NCBI GenBank assembly: GCA_902800045.1
Contig: CADCCZ010000006.1
Coordinates: 66,174-130,173 of the forward strand
Direction: 5' to 3'
DNA length: 64,000 nucleotides
From: an uncultured Bacteroidia bacterium
GTDB lineage: Bacteria; Bacteroidota; Bacteroidia; Bacteroidales; ML635J-15
A program made the translations under genes and the position numbers. Below are positions 29,022-37,876 of this stretch, piece after piece. Position 1 is the stretch's first letter, and each line of letters begins with the position of its first letter. Under the pieces are notes generated by a model. The model searched no databases, had not been told where the DNA came from, and saw only the letters and a list, made by a program, of their open reading frames with translations.

Positions 29022-29063
29022 ACCTATTTTAGGTTACCTATTTTAGGTTACCTATTTTAGGCA
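29022..29063. promoter_or_regulatory. Three tandem 14-bp units, each containing the palindrome ACCTAtttTAGGT; candidate operator
   Basis: acctattttaggtt acctattttaggtt acctattttaggca, directly upstream of the ATPase promoter box. Confidence 0.5.
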
Positions 29064-29159
29064 TGATTTTTTTGAGAGAGAGCAAAACTTCCGCCAGAAT
29101 ACAAGATATTCGGAAACAGGAAGAGAGATTAATATCAAAAGCAATGCAATCCAATTCAT
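29052..29159 (-). pseudogene. 5' remnant of a third copy of the large polytopic (GT-C-like) membrane protein
   Basis: Translates to MNWIALLLILISLPVSEYLV..., homologous to MNLLALVAIIVSLVFLYVVG (31111) and MDWIALVAIIVSIVVLYFVG (33111). The upstream DNA aattcatagtcta..aat.acaaaatttcacc is shared with 31105-31136. The ORF stops after 35 codons inside the palindrome repeats. Confidence 0.6.
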
Positions 29160-29179
29160 AGTCTAGGAATTACAAAATT

Positions 29180-31111
29180 TCACCTCTTAAGGAACATAAA
29201 TCGCTCACCTGTTTTACCATCTGTAAAAATTGTATCAACAAGAGTCTCTATAATATCTGGCAATATAACATCTCGTTCTGCAATTATGTACTCAATTTTA
29301 TTTTCTTTTATAAACTTATATTGAATATCGCCAACAGACGCCACAGCATTTTCATTATTCCTATAATCTTCTGCATATTTATAAAATGTAGAATTATATA
29401 TTTCGGGCAACACTATAGGACTTGAATTTGCAAGAGGGATTGAATCCAACACACTTATGCATATTGTTTTAAAATTCAATTCTGGAATTTGTCCACAAAC
29501 CTGAAACGGATGTCCAAAATGAATTCCCGAGATTGGCGAATAACTATTGACATTAATTAAAGAAACCCCAATCTTATTTTTTATATCCATTTTACTTATG
29601 TCATCAATATATCTATCATCATATTTCAAATCATAACAATGAAAGATATTTATCTTTGTAATGTCAAATACAGCGAATGCAATGTAAAACACGACTAGCC
29701 CCACCTTAATGGCTCGTGTATCCAATGATTCTCCAATACATACGAAATTTAGCAGATAAAATGCTGGCAATACGAGGATTGGAATAGAAAAAAACTGAGA
29801 ATGATTTGGGATTCCCATAACCACTTGAGAAAAAACAAAAGCAATTATCAAAAACGAAGGAATTATAATATAAAGTTCCGCTATTTTTTTAAAACTTTCC
29901 AATGTTTTTTGCCTATTTGAGAAATAACATGCCAACCACAAAATTAACAAGGGCAAATGAAAAATAAAAAGGAAACAAATAAACTTAATTGTTGACTTAA
30001 CAATCATTAATTTTTTATTCATTATATTGTCCAATATAACATCACTATTAGAAAAAGCTCCTAACACTTCTGTATTGACCGACTGAAAAAAATAAAAAGC
30101 AATTATTCCACAGGCAAATATTATCGACACAATCAGATTAATAAAATCTATCTTTTTTTCTTTACCCCAAATAATCCTCAATAGCAACATAATTCCTATT
30201 CCTAGGAATATAGCTGGTGCAAAAACAATATTTACTATTGGCAAGCACAACAAAGACAAGACAAAAAATTGTTTGTTCTTAAAAAATATTAACAACGAAA
30301 ACAATAGAAAGACTGCAACAATCAATGTTTTTGTATTTGTAATCGGAGAATACACCGAAAAATCTATCATCTGCAAAGGAGTTGTTACTTCATAGTTAAA
30401 GAACGCTATGGGCACAAAAGCAAGTGCCAATACTGCCAAAAACTGCATTAATATTTTTGTACAAAAAGTTCTGACTATAGATATCAAACCTATTACATAT
30501 ATACAACAAAGTATTGCATATACCACAACATACAAAAGTTCAGATACATTTATTTTAAATACCAAACTTATAAGCATTGCAAGCCATATTTCAACATAAT
30601 GGTAAGGGGTTGGCACTAAATCCATCTTAACAACAAGGTCATTGAAAACTGTGGTTGTCTCAGTTCCTCTCTCAACCATTAATTCTCCCAATGCAGAATA
30701 GAAGTAATAATCAGAGTGTATATCGCGATTCCATGGAGAATCATAAAACCCCCATCCAACGAATAAGAAACATATAATTGCGGACAATAACACTACAGAA
30801 AAACATAATATGTGTGTTTTACTTAAATAGAAAATTTCACCTATTGGATACTTACAAATATAGCCCGCCTTACTCTTGTACACTATACAACATATAGCAA
30901 TAATAATAAATCCCAATTGGATTGTATTGAAACATGTTATGACTGACGCATAAATAGTCGTAGAAACAATCAATCCCAATATTAACCTAAAAAATGTATC
31001 ACAAAATGCATCAATCTGAGGTTTTGTTCTTGTAATCCACAAAGCAATGGAGCCAACAACATATAAAAAAACCAAAGAAACTATTATCGCAACTAAAGCC
31101 AACAAATTCAT
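29180..31111 (-). CDS. Large polytopic membrane protein, candidate GT-C-fold glycosyltransferase (paralog 1)
   Basis: 643 aa, mostly hydrophobic helices. An acidic/aromatic loop HSDYYFY follows the early TM helices. PYHYVEIW is conserved, and the C-terminal soluble tail ends in DGKTGERFMFLKR. Confidence 0.5.
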   Translation of the reverse strand: MNLLALVAIIVSLVFLYVVGSIALWITRTKPQIDAFCDTFFRLILGLIVSTTIYASVITCFNTIQLGFIIIAICCIVYKSKAGYICKYPIGEIFYLSKTHILCFSVVLLSAIICFLFVGWGFYDSPWNRDIHSDYYFYSALGELMVERGTETTTVFNDLVVKMDLVPTPYHYVEIWLAMLISLVFKINVSELLYVVVYAILCCIYVIGLISIVRTFCTKILMQFLAVLALAFVPIAFFNYEVTTPLQMIDFSVYSPITNTKTLIVAVFLLFSLLIFFKNKQFFVLSLLCLPIVNIVFAPAIFLGIGIMLLLRIIWGKEKKIDFINLIVSIIFACGIIAFYFFQSVNTEVLGAFSNSDVILDNIMNKKLMIVKSTIKFICFLFIFHLPLLILWLACYFSNRQKTLESFKKIAELYIIIPSFLIIAFVFSQVVMGIPNHSQFFSIPILVLPAFYLLNFVCIGESLDTRAIKVGLVVFYIAFAVFDITKINIFHCYDLKYDDRYIDDISKMDIKNKIGVSLINVNSYSPISGIHFGHPFQVCGQIPELNFKTICISVLDSIPLANSSPIVLPEIYNSTFYKYAEDYRNNENAVASVGDIQYKFIKENKIEYIIAERDVILPDIIETLVDTIFTDGKTGERFMFLKR

Positions 31112-31131
31112 AGTCTAAAAATCACAAAATT

Positions 31132-33111
31132 TCACCTCTTAAGGAACATAAACCTCTCTCCTGTTTTGCTGTCGATAAATGTTGTGTCAACAAGATCATA
31201 AATTACATTGGGAATGCATGTTTTTGAGTCACAGACAACAAATCCTAGATTATATTTTTTGATAAATTCAAGCTGTAAAGTATCAATTGTTGTTTCACCA
31301 CATGAGTCGACATAATGCTTTGCAAAAAACGCAAAAGGATCTTGCATTAATTGTAAAGGATAATTTCGTTTGAAAAACTTTGACAAATAACTATCTCCAT
31401 ATGCTTTCTCTATTTCCGCATACATTGCTGCATCATTGGGAAAGTAGGTATTTAGATTTGTGAAATACATGAAATTCGTTTTTAGGCAAAATGGCGTAAA
31501 TAAGTATCCATTAGGGACTTCCAAATTAAAGACAGGAACATCTGACGAAATTCGCCCCCCCCTAAATGTTTTACATTTTGCATTATAAAAATCTGTAACA
31601 TTCGAAATATATGAAGAATCATAATGGTCTTGTGGAACATAGGAAATTCTGACTCTACTCATGCAATATATTGTTGTAGAATATGTCAAGCAACACAAAA
31701 CAAAAAAAATTGCAACATATTTTATTTTCAAATTACGAATTTTTGTAATTGCAATTAAAAATGACAAGAAGGAAAGTATACATAAAAACGGAATATTCAC
31801 TAACGTATGCAACTGATCGGCGTCGTACCTATAAAGAGGATAACTAAAATATCCATATAACAATCCAAAACATGTGGAAATGCAAAAGAAAATAACAATA
31901 CCTTTATATTCATTCCAAAATTCAGAAACTTTCGTTTTATTTCTTATTAAACTATAAACTAAAAGCAGGACAAGCGGAACCATATATGGGAAAAACATCG
32001 CATAATTGACAAGATTTGAATAAAGGTGCTTACTAAATCCTGAGAATGAATAAAATTGCAAACAATAATCTATAAAATTAGAATTTTCTATATCTGTATT
32101 GGCATTTGATGAAGAATTCAAAAAATAATAAAAACATATAAATAATATCGCCATGCAGAATGTTGGCACTATTTGGTGCAAAAACAGCTTTAGATTTTTA
32201 TTCACAATCATTTGTATTAAGGCAAATATTACAATCGAACTATAAAGTACGGGCATGCTTCCCATATGAAATATTGGAGCTAGCAGCAAGGGATAAAACC
32301 ATAATGTATTTTTTCTTAGGCATAGAGCACAAGTCCAAATATACAAACAATACATAAACATACCTAACGGTCGATAGGCAAGACATTGTTTCTGTTCTAT
32401 TACGGAATTGTCAAGCAAAAAGGGGCAAATAGTAATAGAAAATATGCCAATAATAATCAACCATTTACTCTTTGAATAATGACGAGCAATCACAATCATA
32501 CCTACTGCCAGCAAAGTACATCCTATTGTCCGCTCTATTACAGCATAGGTAAACATCGGATTCGTTTTAAATACCGAGACCAATAGATTTAAAAACCACA
32601 ATTCCACATAATGATATGGAGTTGCAATATGCCAATTACCATCATAAACAGAATTACTTGTTTCTATTCCAAAACATCCAAGTTTTGTGCTTAAAAAAGT
32701 ATAATAAACATCATCAAAGTGTGGAATATAATTTATAGGTGTTTTGCTTGCAAAAAAAAGAAAATAGACAAAAAACAGCAATGAGAGCACAATAATAGCC
32801 AAAACATTACGCCATTCTTCATATCTTTTAAAAACATTTGAATAAGAATTCATTGAAAACAACGGAATTTTCATCCTTGCATGAATTAAATATGCCAAAC
32901 CTATAATAGCACTAATAATTAACACAGTATTTCCTCCTGTCTTCACAATAGCATACCCCATAGTAACAGCAAGGAAACCGACTAGAAGGCTAACAAACGT
33001 GTCGTATAACGAATCATTATCATTAGTCCTAAATGGATATGTAATTATTGTACCTACGAAATATAATACAACAATAGAAACTATTATCGCCACTAACGCT
33101 ATCCAATCCAT
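31132..33111 (-). CDS. Large polytopic membrane protein, candidate GT-C-fold glycosyltransferase (paralog 2)
   Basis: Loop HFDDVYY, conserved PYHYVELW, C-terminus DSKTGERFMFLKR. The start was set at the ATG at 33111 (MDWIALVAII) by analogy with the paralog. Confidence 0.5.
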   Translation of the reverse strand: MDWIALVAIIVSIVVLYFVGTIITYPFRTNDNDSLYDTFVSLLVGFLAVTMGYAIVKTGGNTVLIISAIIGLAYLIHARMKIPLFSMNSYSNVFKRYEEWRNVLAIIVLSLLFFVYFLFFASKTPINYIPHFDDVYYTFLSTKLGCFGIETSNSVYDGNWHIATPYHYVELWFLNLLVSVFKTNPMFTYAVIERTIGCTLLAVGMIVIARHYSKSKWLIIIGIFSITICPFLLDNSVIEQKQCLAYRPLGMFMYCLYIWTCALCLRKNTLWFYPLLLAPIFHMGSMPVLYSSIVIFALIQMIVNKNLKLFLHQIVPTFCMAILFICFYYFLNSSSNANTDIENSNFIDYCLQFYSFSGFSKHLYSNLVNYAMFFPYMVPLVLLLVYSLIRNKTKVSEFWNEYKGIVIFFCISTCFGLLYGYFSYPLYRYDADQLHTLVNIPFLCILSFLSFLIAITKIRNLKIKYVAIFFVLCCLTYSTTIYCMSRVRISYVPQDHYDSSYISNVTDFYNAKCKTFRGGRISSDVPVFNLEVPNGYLFTPFCLKTNFMYFTNLNTYFPNDAAMYAEIEKAYGDSYLSKFFKRNYPLQLMQDPFAFFAKHYVDSCGETTIDTLQLEFIKKYNLGFVVCDSKTCIPNVIYDLVDTTFIDSKTGERFMFLKR

Positions 33112-33117
33112 AATCAA

Positions 33118-34242
33118 TTAAAATTGTTCCTTTATCACTTCGCAAATTCTCTCTACATCGCCTTCAGTCAAGTCGTAGTACATCGGCAAACGAACCAAAC
33201 AATCGGCATACCTGTCGCAGTTTGGCAAATCGCGTCCATCGTGCTTATCCTGATAATACGGACTGCTATGCAGACTCAAGTAGTGGAACACCGCCAAAAT
33301 ATCATTTTCCTTTAGTTTATTAATCAGTGCTGTCCTTTCCTCCAAGCTATTGCATACAAGATAGAACATGTGCGCATTGTTGGTAGCATAGTCGGGAATG
33401 TCGGGCAAACGGAAACATCCCTTGTCGGCAATAGGTTTCAAAAGCTCGTAATATTTGTTCCACAACGATTTGCGTTTCGTCTGAATATCATCGAGGCTTT
33501 CAATCTGCGCCCACAGGAAGGCAGCAACCACCTCGCTAGGCAAGAACGAGCTGCCAGTATCAACCCAGCCGTACTTGTTGACCTCGCCACGGAAAAACTC
33601 TGCACGATTTGTACCTTTTTCCCAAATGATTTCTGCACGGCGGATAAAACGCTCATCGTTTATAGCCAACATACCACCCTCGCCAGAAATTATATTCTTG
33701 GTTTCGTGGAAAGAAAATGCAGCAAAATGCCCTATACTGCCAAGCGGTTTACCTTTATAGTAAGAATCAATTGCCTGCGCAGCATCTTCCACGACAAGCA
33801 AATTATGCCGATTTGCTATGTCCATAATCTTATCCATATCGCAGGCTATGCCAGCATAATGCACAGGAACAATGACTTTTGTGCGAGGTGTTATCAATGC
33901 TTCAATCTTATCGGCATCGATATTGGGATTGCGCTCCATACTATCGGCAAACACAATCTTTGCACCAGCCCTGACAAAAGCCAACGCCGACGACACAAAG
34001 GTATAACTCGGAACAATTACCTCATCGCCAGGCTTTATGTCACAAAGGATAGATGCCATTTCAAGCGCATCGGTACAACTAGTTGTAAGCAGACACTTCT
34101 TGAAGCCATAATGTCCTTCAAAAAACTGCTGACATTTTTTTGTATATTCGCCATTTCCAGACAGTTTGCCTTTGTATACTGCCTGATACATATAATGGGC
34201 CTCTTTGCCCGTAAGATGTGGAAGATTAAATGGTATAAACAT
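33118..34242 (-). CDS. wecE: dTDP-4-amino-4,6-dideoxy-D-galactose (or -glucose) transaminase, WecE family
   Basis: Near-colinear with E. coli WecE as I recall it: IPFNLPHLTGKE, PSYTFVSSA, VPVHYAG, VVEDAAQA, FSFHETKN, EKGTNR..FFRGEV.KY.W.D.GSS, NAHMFY. The start was moved to the ATG at 34242. Confidence 0.85.
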   Translation of the reverse strand: MFIPFNLPHLTGKEAHYMYQAVYKGKLSGNGEYTKKCQQFFEGHYGFKKCLLTTSCTDALEMASILCDIKPGDEVIVPSYTFVSSALAFVRAGAKIVFADSMERNPNIDADKIEALITPRTKVIVPVHYAGIACDMDKIMDIANRHNLLVVEDAAQAIDSYYKGKPLGSIGHFAAFSFHETKNIISGEGGMLAINDERFIRRAEIIWEKGTNRAEFFRGEVNKYGWVDTGSSFLPSEVVAAFLWAQIESLDDIQTKRKSLWNKYYELLKPIADKGCFRLPDIPDYATNNAHMFYLVCNSLEERTALINKLKENDILAVFHYLSLHSSPYYQDKHDGRDLPNCDRYADCLVRLPMYYDLTEGDVERICEVIKEQF

Positions 34243-34286
34243 AGTCAATTCAAAATTTAGCACAAAAATACAACAATCCCCAACAC

Positions 34287-34622
34287 TCACAAGAAAAATA
34301 TGAAAACGCCAACCATTATAATAGCGATTGCCACCGCCTTTCGCCAAGTCATTTTCTCCTTGAAGAAAAACCACGACATCAATGGCACAAACAAATAGCT
34401 GAGCGATTCAATTATGGAGACTTCCTTCACAAGCACACCGCGACTTAAACAAAAGACATTCAACACCAACGATGCCGCCATTATCGAGTATCCGCCAATA
34501 ACCCAACCGTTAAGATACTGACGAATCCACTTGTCGTAACTTATACTTGCCCCTTTCTTCAGTAGCATCTGCGCTCCAGCGGCCATAAAAACCGAAAATA
34601 TTACAATCAGTCTGTACATCAT
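34287..34622 (-). CDS. Small 4-TM EamA/SMR-like membrane protein (ArnE/ArnF- or GtrA-like flippase subunit candidate)
   Basis: 111 aa, hydrophobic, GAQMLLKKG motif. ATGA-type overlap with its 114-aa neighbour. Confidence 0.5.
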   Translation of the reverse strand: MMYRLIVIFSVFMAAGAQMLLKKGASISYDKWIRQYLNGWVIGGYSIMAASLVLNVFCLSRGVLVKEVSIIESLSYLFVPLMSWFFFKEKMTWRKAVAIAIIMVGVFIFFL

Positions 34623-34963
34623 GACCTTGCATAAATTACAATTCCAACAATAATGACGAATGCTCCGATAATGTTCGAGAGCGTAATCGCCTCACCGAAT
34701 ATCAAAGCAGATAGCAACAACACAAAAATCAGAGATGTTCCCTTGAACATATATGCTTCGGCAATTGGCATACGCTTAATCACCTGCTGCCACAGCAATG
34801 CGTAACCGACCATTACAGCTACTGCACCGACCAAACATAAAATGTAGTGTAATGACAAAAATTGATGTTGTGATGCTGATTTTGTGAAAATAGCAGTGCA
34901 GGCATAAATAAGATTTATACCGACAAGGGAAAGATATGTTAGAAAACATCTGAAATTTGACAT
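34619..34963 (-). CDS. Small 4-TM EamA/SMR-like membrane protein (second flippase subunit candidate)
   Basis: 114 aa, four hydrophobic segments, paired with 34287-34622 as ArnE/ArnF are paired. Confidence 0.5.
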   Translation of the reverse strand: MSNFRCFLTYLSLVGINLIYACTAIFTKSASQHQFLSLHYILCLVGAVAVMVGYALLWQQVIKRMPIAEAYMFKGTSLIFVLLLSALIFGEAITLSNIIGAFVIIVGIVIYARS

Positions 34964-34964
34964 A

Positions 34965-35651
34965 TCACTTTCGCCACCAATGATAAATATCTGTCATAGA
35001 ATCCACAACATAGCCATTCTTTTCATACCACGAACAAGCCTTTATATTGTCAAGTTGCGTTGCAACTTCAACAACACGAACTCCCTTTCCGAACAAATAC
35101 GAATCTACGGATTCCAACAATGCAGAACCAATTCCTAGCCCACGGCACGAAGAATCAACAGCGACAAGTCCAATGTTTCCGACATTATCCTTTACTGCCA
35201 ATGTAACCATTCCGACAATCTTACCATTGTAATAATAACATAAAACCTCATCGGCCATTGCCTTGCAAACAGACTGCTCTATCCATCGGCGATACAATTT
35301 CTCATAACTGCCAGCAGGCATTTTATCATCCAGCCTAAAACGGGAATACTCGCCGCTTTGCAATGCAAGTTCATACAAATCTGGCGATGGTTTATTCTCC
35401 GAAAAAGCAACTACATTTGAATTAGTTTCCACATTACGACTAATTGACTTTTTGTAGATGACCTTACAATCGACAAGATTTGCTCTGACAACTGGCATTT
35501 TATATCCGTGATTTGCAAAAATATAAACTAGGTCATAATCAACAAGCCTAACAATATCAAACTTCAAAAAGTCATCCTCGTCAGACAAAACAAGTTTTCC
35601 GATGTTCAGTCCGAAAAAATCGCTATCCCAATTTAACCGAGACAAATTCAT
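34965..35651 (-). CDS. wecD: dTDP-4-amino-4,6-dideoxyhexose N-acetyltransferase, WecD (RffC)-like GNAT
   Basis: N-terminal LNWDSDFFGLNIG (compare WecD LTWENAFFGV). GNAT core VDSSCRGLGIGSALL. C-terminal VEVATQLDNIKACSWYEKNGY (compare RVATQMGNTAALKRY). Confidence 0.7.
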   Translation of the reverse strand: MNLSRLNWDSDFFGLNIGKLVLSDEDDFLKFDIVRLVDYDLVYIFANHGYKMPVVRANLVDCKVIYKKSISRNVETNSNVVAFSENKPSPDLYELALQSGEYSRFRLDDKMPAGSYEKLYRRWIEQSVCKAMADEVLCYYYNGKIVGMVTLAVKDNVGNIGLVAVDSSCRGLGIGSALLESVDSYLFGKGVRVVEVATQLDNIKACSWYEKNGYVVDSMTDIYHWWRK

Positions 35652-35653
35652 CC

Positions 35654-36589
35654 CTATATATTTATCTTATCATCAACAATAAAAGTCGGACGACCTTTGG
35701 TCTGGTTAAAGGTTTTACCCAGATACAACCCCACGACACCAATAAGGAATACCAAAATTCCACAAATAAACCAAAGTGAAATTATAAGGCTTGCATATCC
35801 CATAACAGCAATATGGCCGCATAGATATTGTATAAGATAGATTAAACCTATCAGAAAAGATACCATTGTTATCAATGCTCCAATATTCATAGTGAGCCGA
35901 AGCGGTTTGTCAGAGAACGAGACAATAGTATCAAAAGCTAATCTGAATAATTTCTTCAAACTATAACTAGACTTTCCTTCCAAACGCGAATCGTGTTCCA
36001 CAGGCATATAATATTTACGGAATCCAACCCACTGAACCTGAGTAGGAAAATATCTCATCTTGTCGCCCATAGCAAGTATTGATTCGATAACTTTCCTATT
36101 GTATATCCCGAAGTTAGCCACCGATGCATCCTGTCTGGTTTCGGTCATATACGAAAAGAACTTGTAAAAAAGCTTCGACGACATCCTTTTCAGCAAAGAA
36201 TCGGAACGATTTACACGCTGTGCAAAAACTGAATCATAACCTTCGATGGCCTTATTATACAGATTTGGGATTTCTTCCGGTCTATCCTGCAAGTCGCAGT
36301 CCATCACCACAACCCATTCGCTTTTTGCATACGACAATCCTGCCGTTATAGCATAATGCTGCCCAAAGTTGCGAGAAAGATTTATACCCTTTACGCGCGA
36401 ATCCTTTTCACATTCCGCCCTTATAACATTCCACGAATTATCAGGAGAGGCATCGTTCACAAGAATTATTTCATAGTGTTCTGTTATCGGGCTAACACTT
36501 TCCGATATTCTGCGCACCAACTCTTCCGTCATCTTTTCTCCACGATATACTGGCGAAACTATTGATAATAATATTTCATTATTATTCAT
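35654..36589 (-). CDS. Polyprenyl-phosphate glycosyltransferase, GT2 (ArnC/GtrB/DPM1-like) with two C-terminal TM helices
   Basis: LSIVSPVYRGE...YEIILVNDASPDNS, MDCDLQD, and C-terminal TM pair ITMVSFLIGLIYLIQYL / LWFICGILVFLIGVVGLYLG. Confidence 0.7.
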   Translation of the reverse strand: MNNNEILLSIVSPVYRGEKMTEELVRRISESVSPITEHYEIILVNDASPDNSWNVIRAECEKDSRVKGINLSRNFGQHYAITAGLSYAKSEWVVVMDCDLQDRPEEIPNLYNKAIEGYDSVFAQRVNRSDSLLKRMSSKLFYKFFSYMTETRQDASVANFGIYNRKVIESILAMGDKMRYFPTQVQWVGFRKYYMPVEHDSRLEGKSSYSLKKLFRLAFDTIVSFSDKPLRLTMNIGALITMVSFLIGLIYLIQYLCGHIAVMGYASLIISLWFICGILVFLIGVVGLYLGKTFNQTKGRPTFIVDDKINI

Positions 36590-36610
36590 TGTCTATTACA
36601 ATATTTAGTG

Positions 36611-36618
36611 CAAATATA
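36611..36618 (-). promoter_or_regulatory. -7 promoter box (TATATTTG on minus strand)
   Basis: Plus-strand caaatata lies 22 nt upstream of the 36589 ATG. This is a possible internal promoter for the modification module. Confidence 0.35.
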
Positions 36619-36630
36619 TGACTTTTTATG

Positions 36631-37875
36631 TTAGCTATCAATAATAATTCTGCAAAAGACTTCATAATTCTTCTCCGCCTCGTAGTTTTCTCTCCAAAAC
36701 CTGTATGCCCTACGCCTATACGACAATTTTTCATCATCAGACAAGCCTAAATAAGCATTAATTTTCTTCACTACATCGGCATTGTCAAACTCGGCATGAA
36801 TTAGATAACCATTTCCTTCATTTACGGCTTCCGCAGTTCCTCCTACATCAGTTGCTACAACTGGAATACCAGCCGACAACGCCTCCATTATGCTTACAGG
36901 AATACCTTCTGACGAACTCAGGTTTATAAACAAATCCACATAATTTCTGGCATAGAAATCAAGAATCTTATTGTTCGGCACTATGCCCTTAAACTCATAT
37001 TGCACATTAGGTAACATTTTCTGAGCATATTGCAACAATTCTTCGCGCAAAGGTCCATCACCGAAATGTACCCAATGCATGTTTTCTACATTAAGTAAAG
37101 ATAGTACCTCAATAATCCTATCAACCAGCTTTACGGGCGTCAATGTACTGCAAGAACAAATCAAAATTTCATTGCTCCTTTTTTCAAGCAACGGTTTCCT
37201 ATCATTTATTTTGCCAAGATAAGAAACAGAAATCGCAGCACTTGGACTTGGCTTTACATATTCGTAAAAATATTCCTTTCCTGCCTTGGATATTGATATT
37301 GTATTCGACAAATTGTCAACGATAAACTTCTTGAACGGCAAATATGGTATCTTATTCTTATCGGCAAACACATCCCACCTATGCGCCCTTGCAACACATT
37401 TCAAGTTTTGGTTCTTACTTCTCATCATAGCCAATGCCAACGCCTTATAGTCGTGCCAATAGGAATAGAATACACAGTCTGCCAAATCAACATTTTTCTC
37501 TTTGCACAACACAACAAGTTCCTTTTTAAGATTAGTTGCCCTATGTATATCGACATACATTATCTTGAATGCACTCAACCAATATTTCAACGGCAGTTTT
37601 TTCAACGCAAAGAAAAATTCGGCAATGAACATCGGTGTAAAAATCCGAAAAATGGATTTCAATTTGCCTGCTTCAAATTTTTGCCGAGAGAACGAAACCA
37701 CTTCGGCATTATCTGGCACAAAACGGTTCAGATTCTCATCGGAACCCGATGATGCCGTATATATAAGCAACTTATCAAACTTTGGCGCGATTACACGCAT
37801 CTCGTCATCGATGAAGAATTCGCCTGCAGAAAGCGGATAACTATCGCAAAGAAGTATGAGAGTGTTATGTTTCAT
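36631..37875 (-). CDS. Glycosyltransferase family 4 (GT-B)
   Basis: The C-terminal half NLSSSEGIPVSIMEALSAGIPVVATDVGGTAE contains the GT4 E-x7-E region. Confidence 0.7.
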   Translation of the reverse strand: MKHNTLILLCDSYPLSAGEFFIDDEMRVIAPKFDKLLIYTASSGSDENLNRFVPDNAEVVSFSRQKFEAGKLKSIFRIFTPMFIAEFFFALKKLPLKYWLSAFKIMYVDIHRATNLKKELVVLCKEKNVDLADCVFYSYWHDYKALALAMMRSKNQNLKCVARAHRWDVFADKNKIPYLPFKKFIVDNLSNTISISKAGKEYFYEYVKPSPSAAISVSYLGKINDRKPLLEKRSNEILICSCSTLTPVKLVDRIIEVLSLLNVENMHWVHFGDGPLREELLQYAQKMLPNVQYEFKGIVPNNKILDFYARNYVDLFINLSSSEGIPVSIMEALSAGIPVVATDVGGTAEAVNEGNGYLIHAEFDNADVVKKINAYLGLSDDEKLSYRRRAYRFWRENYEAEKNYEVFCRIIIDS

Positions 37876-37876
37876 A

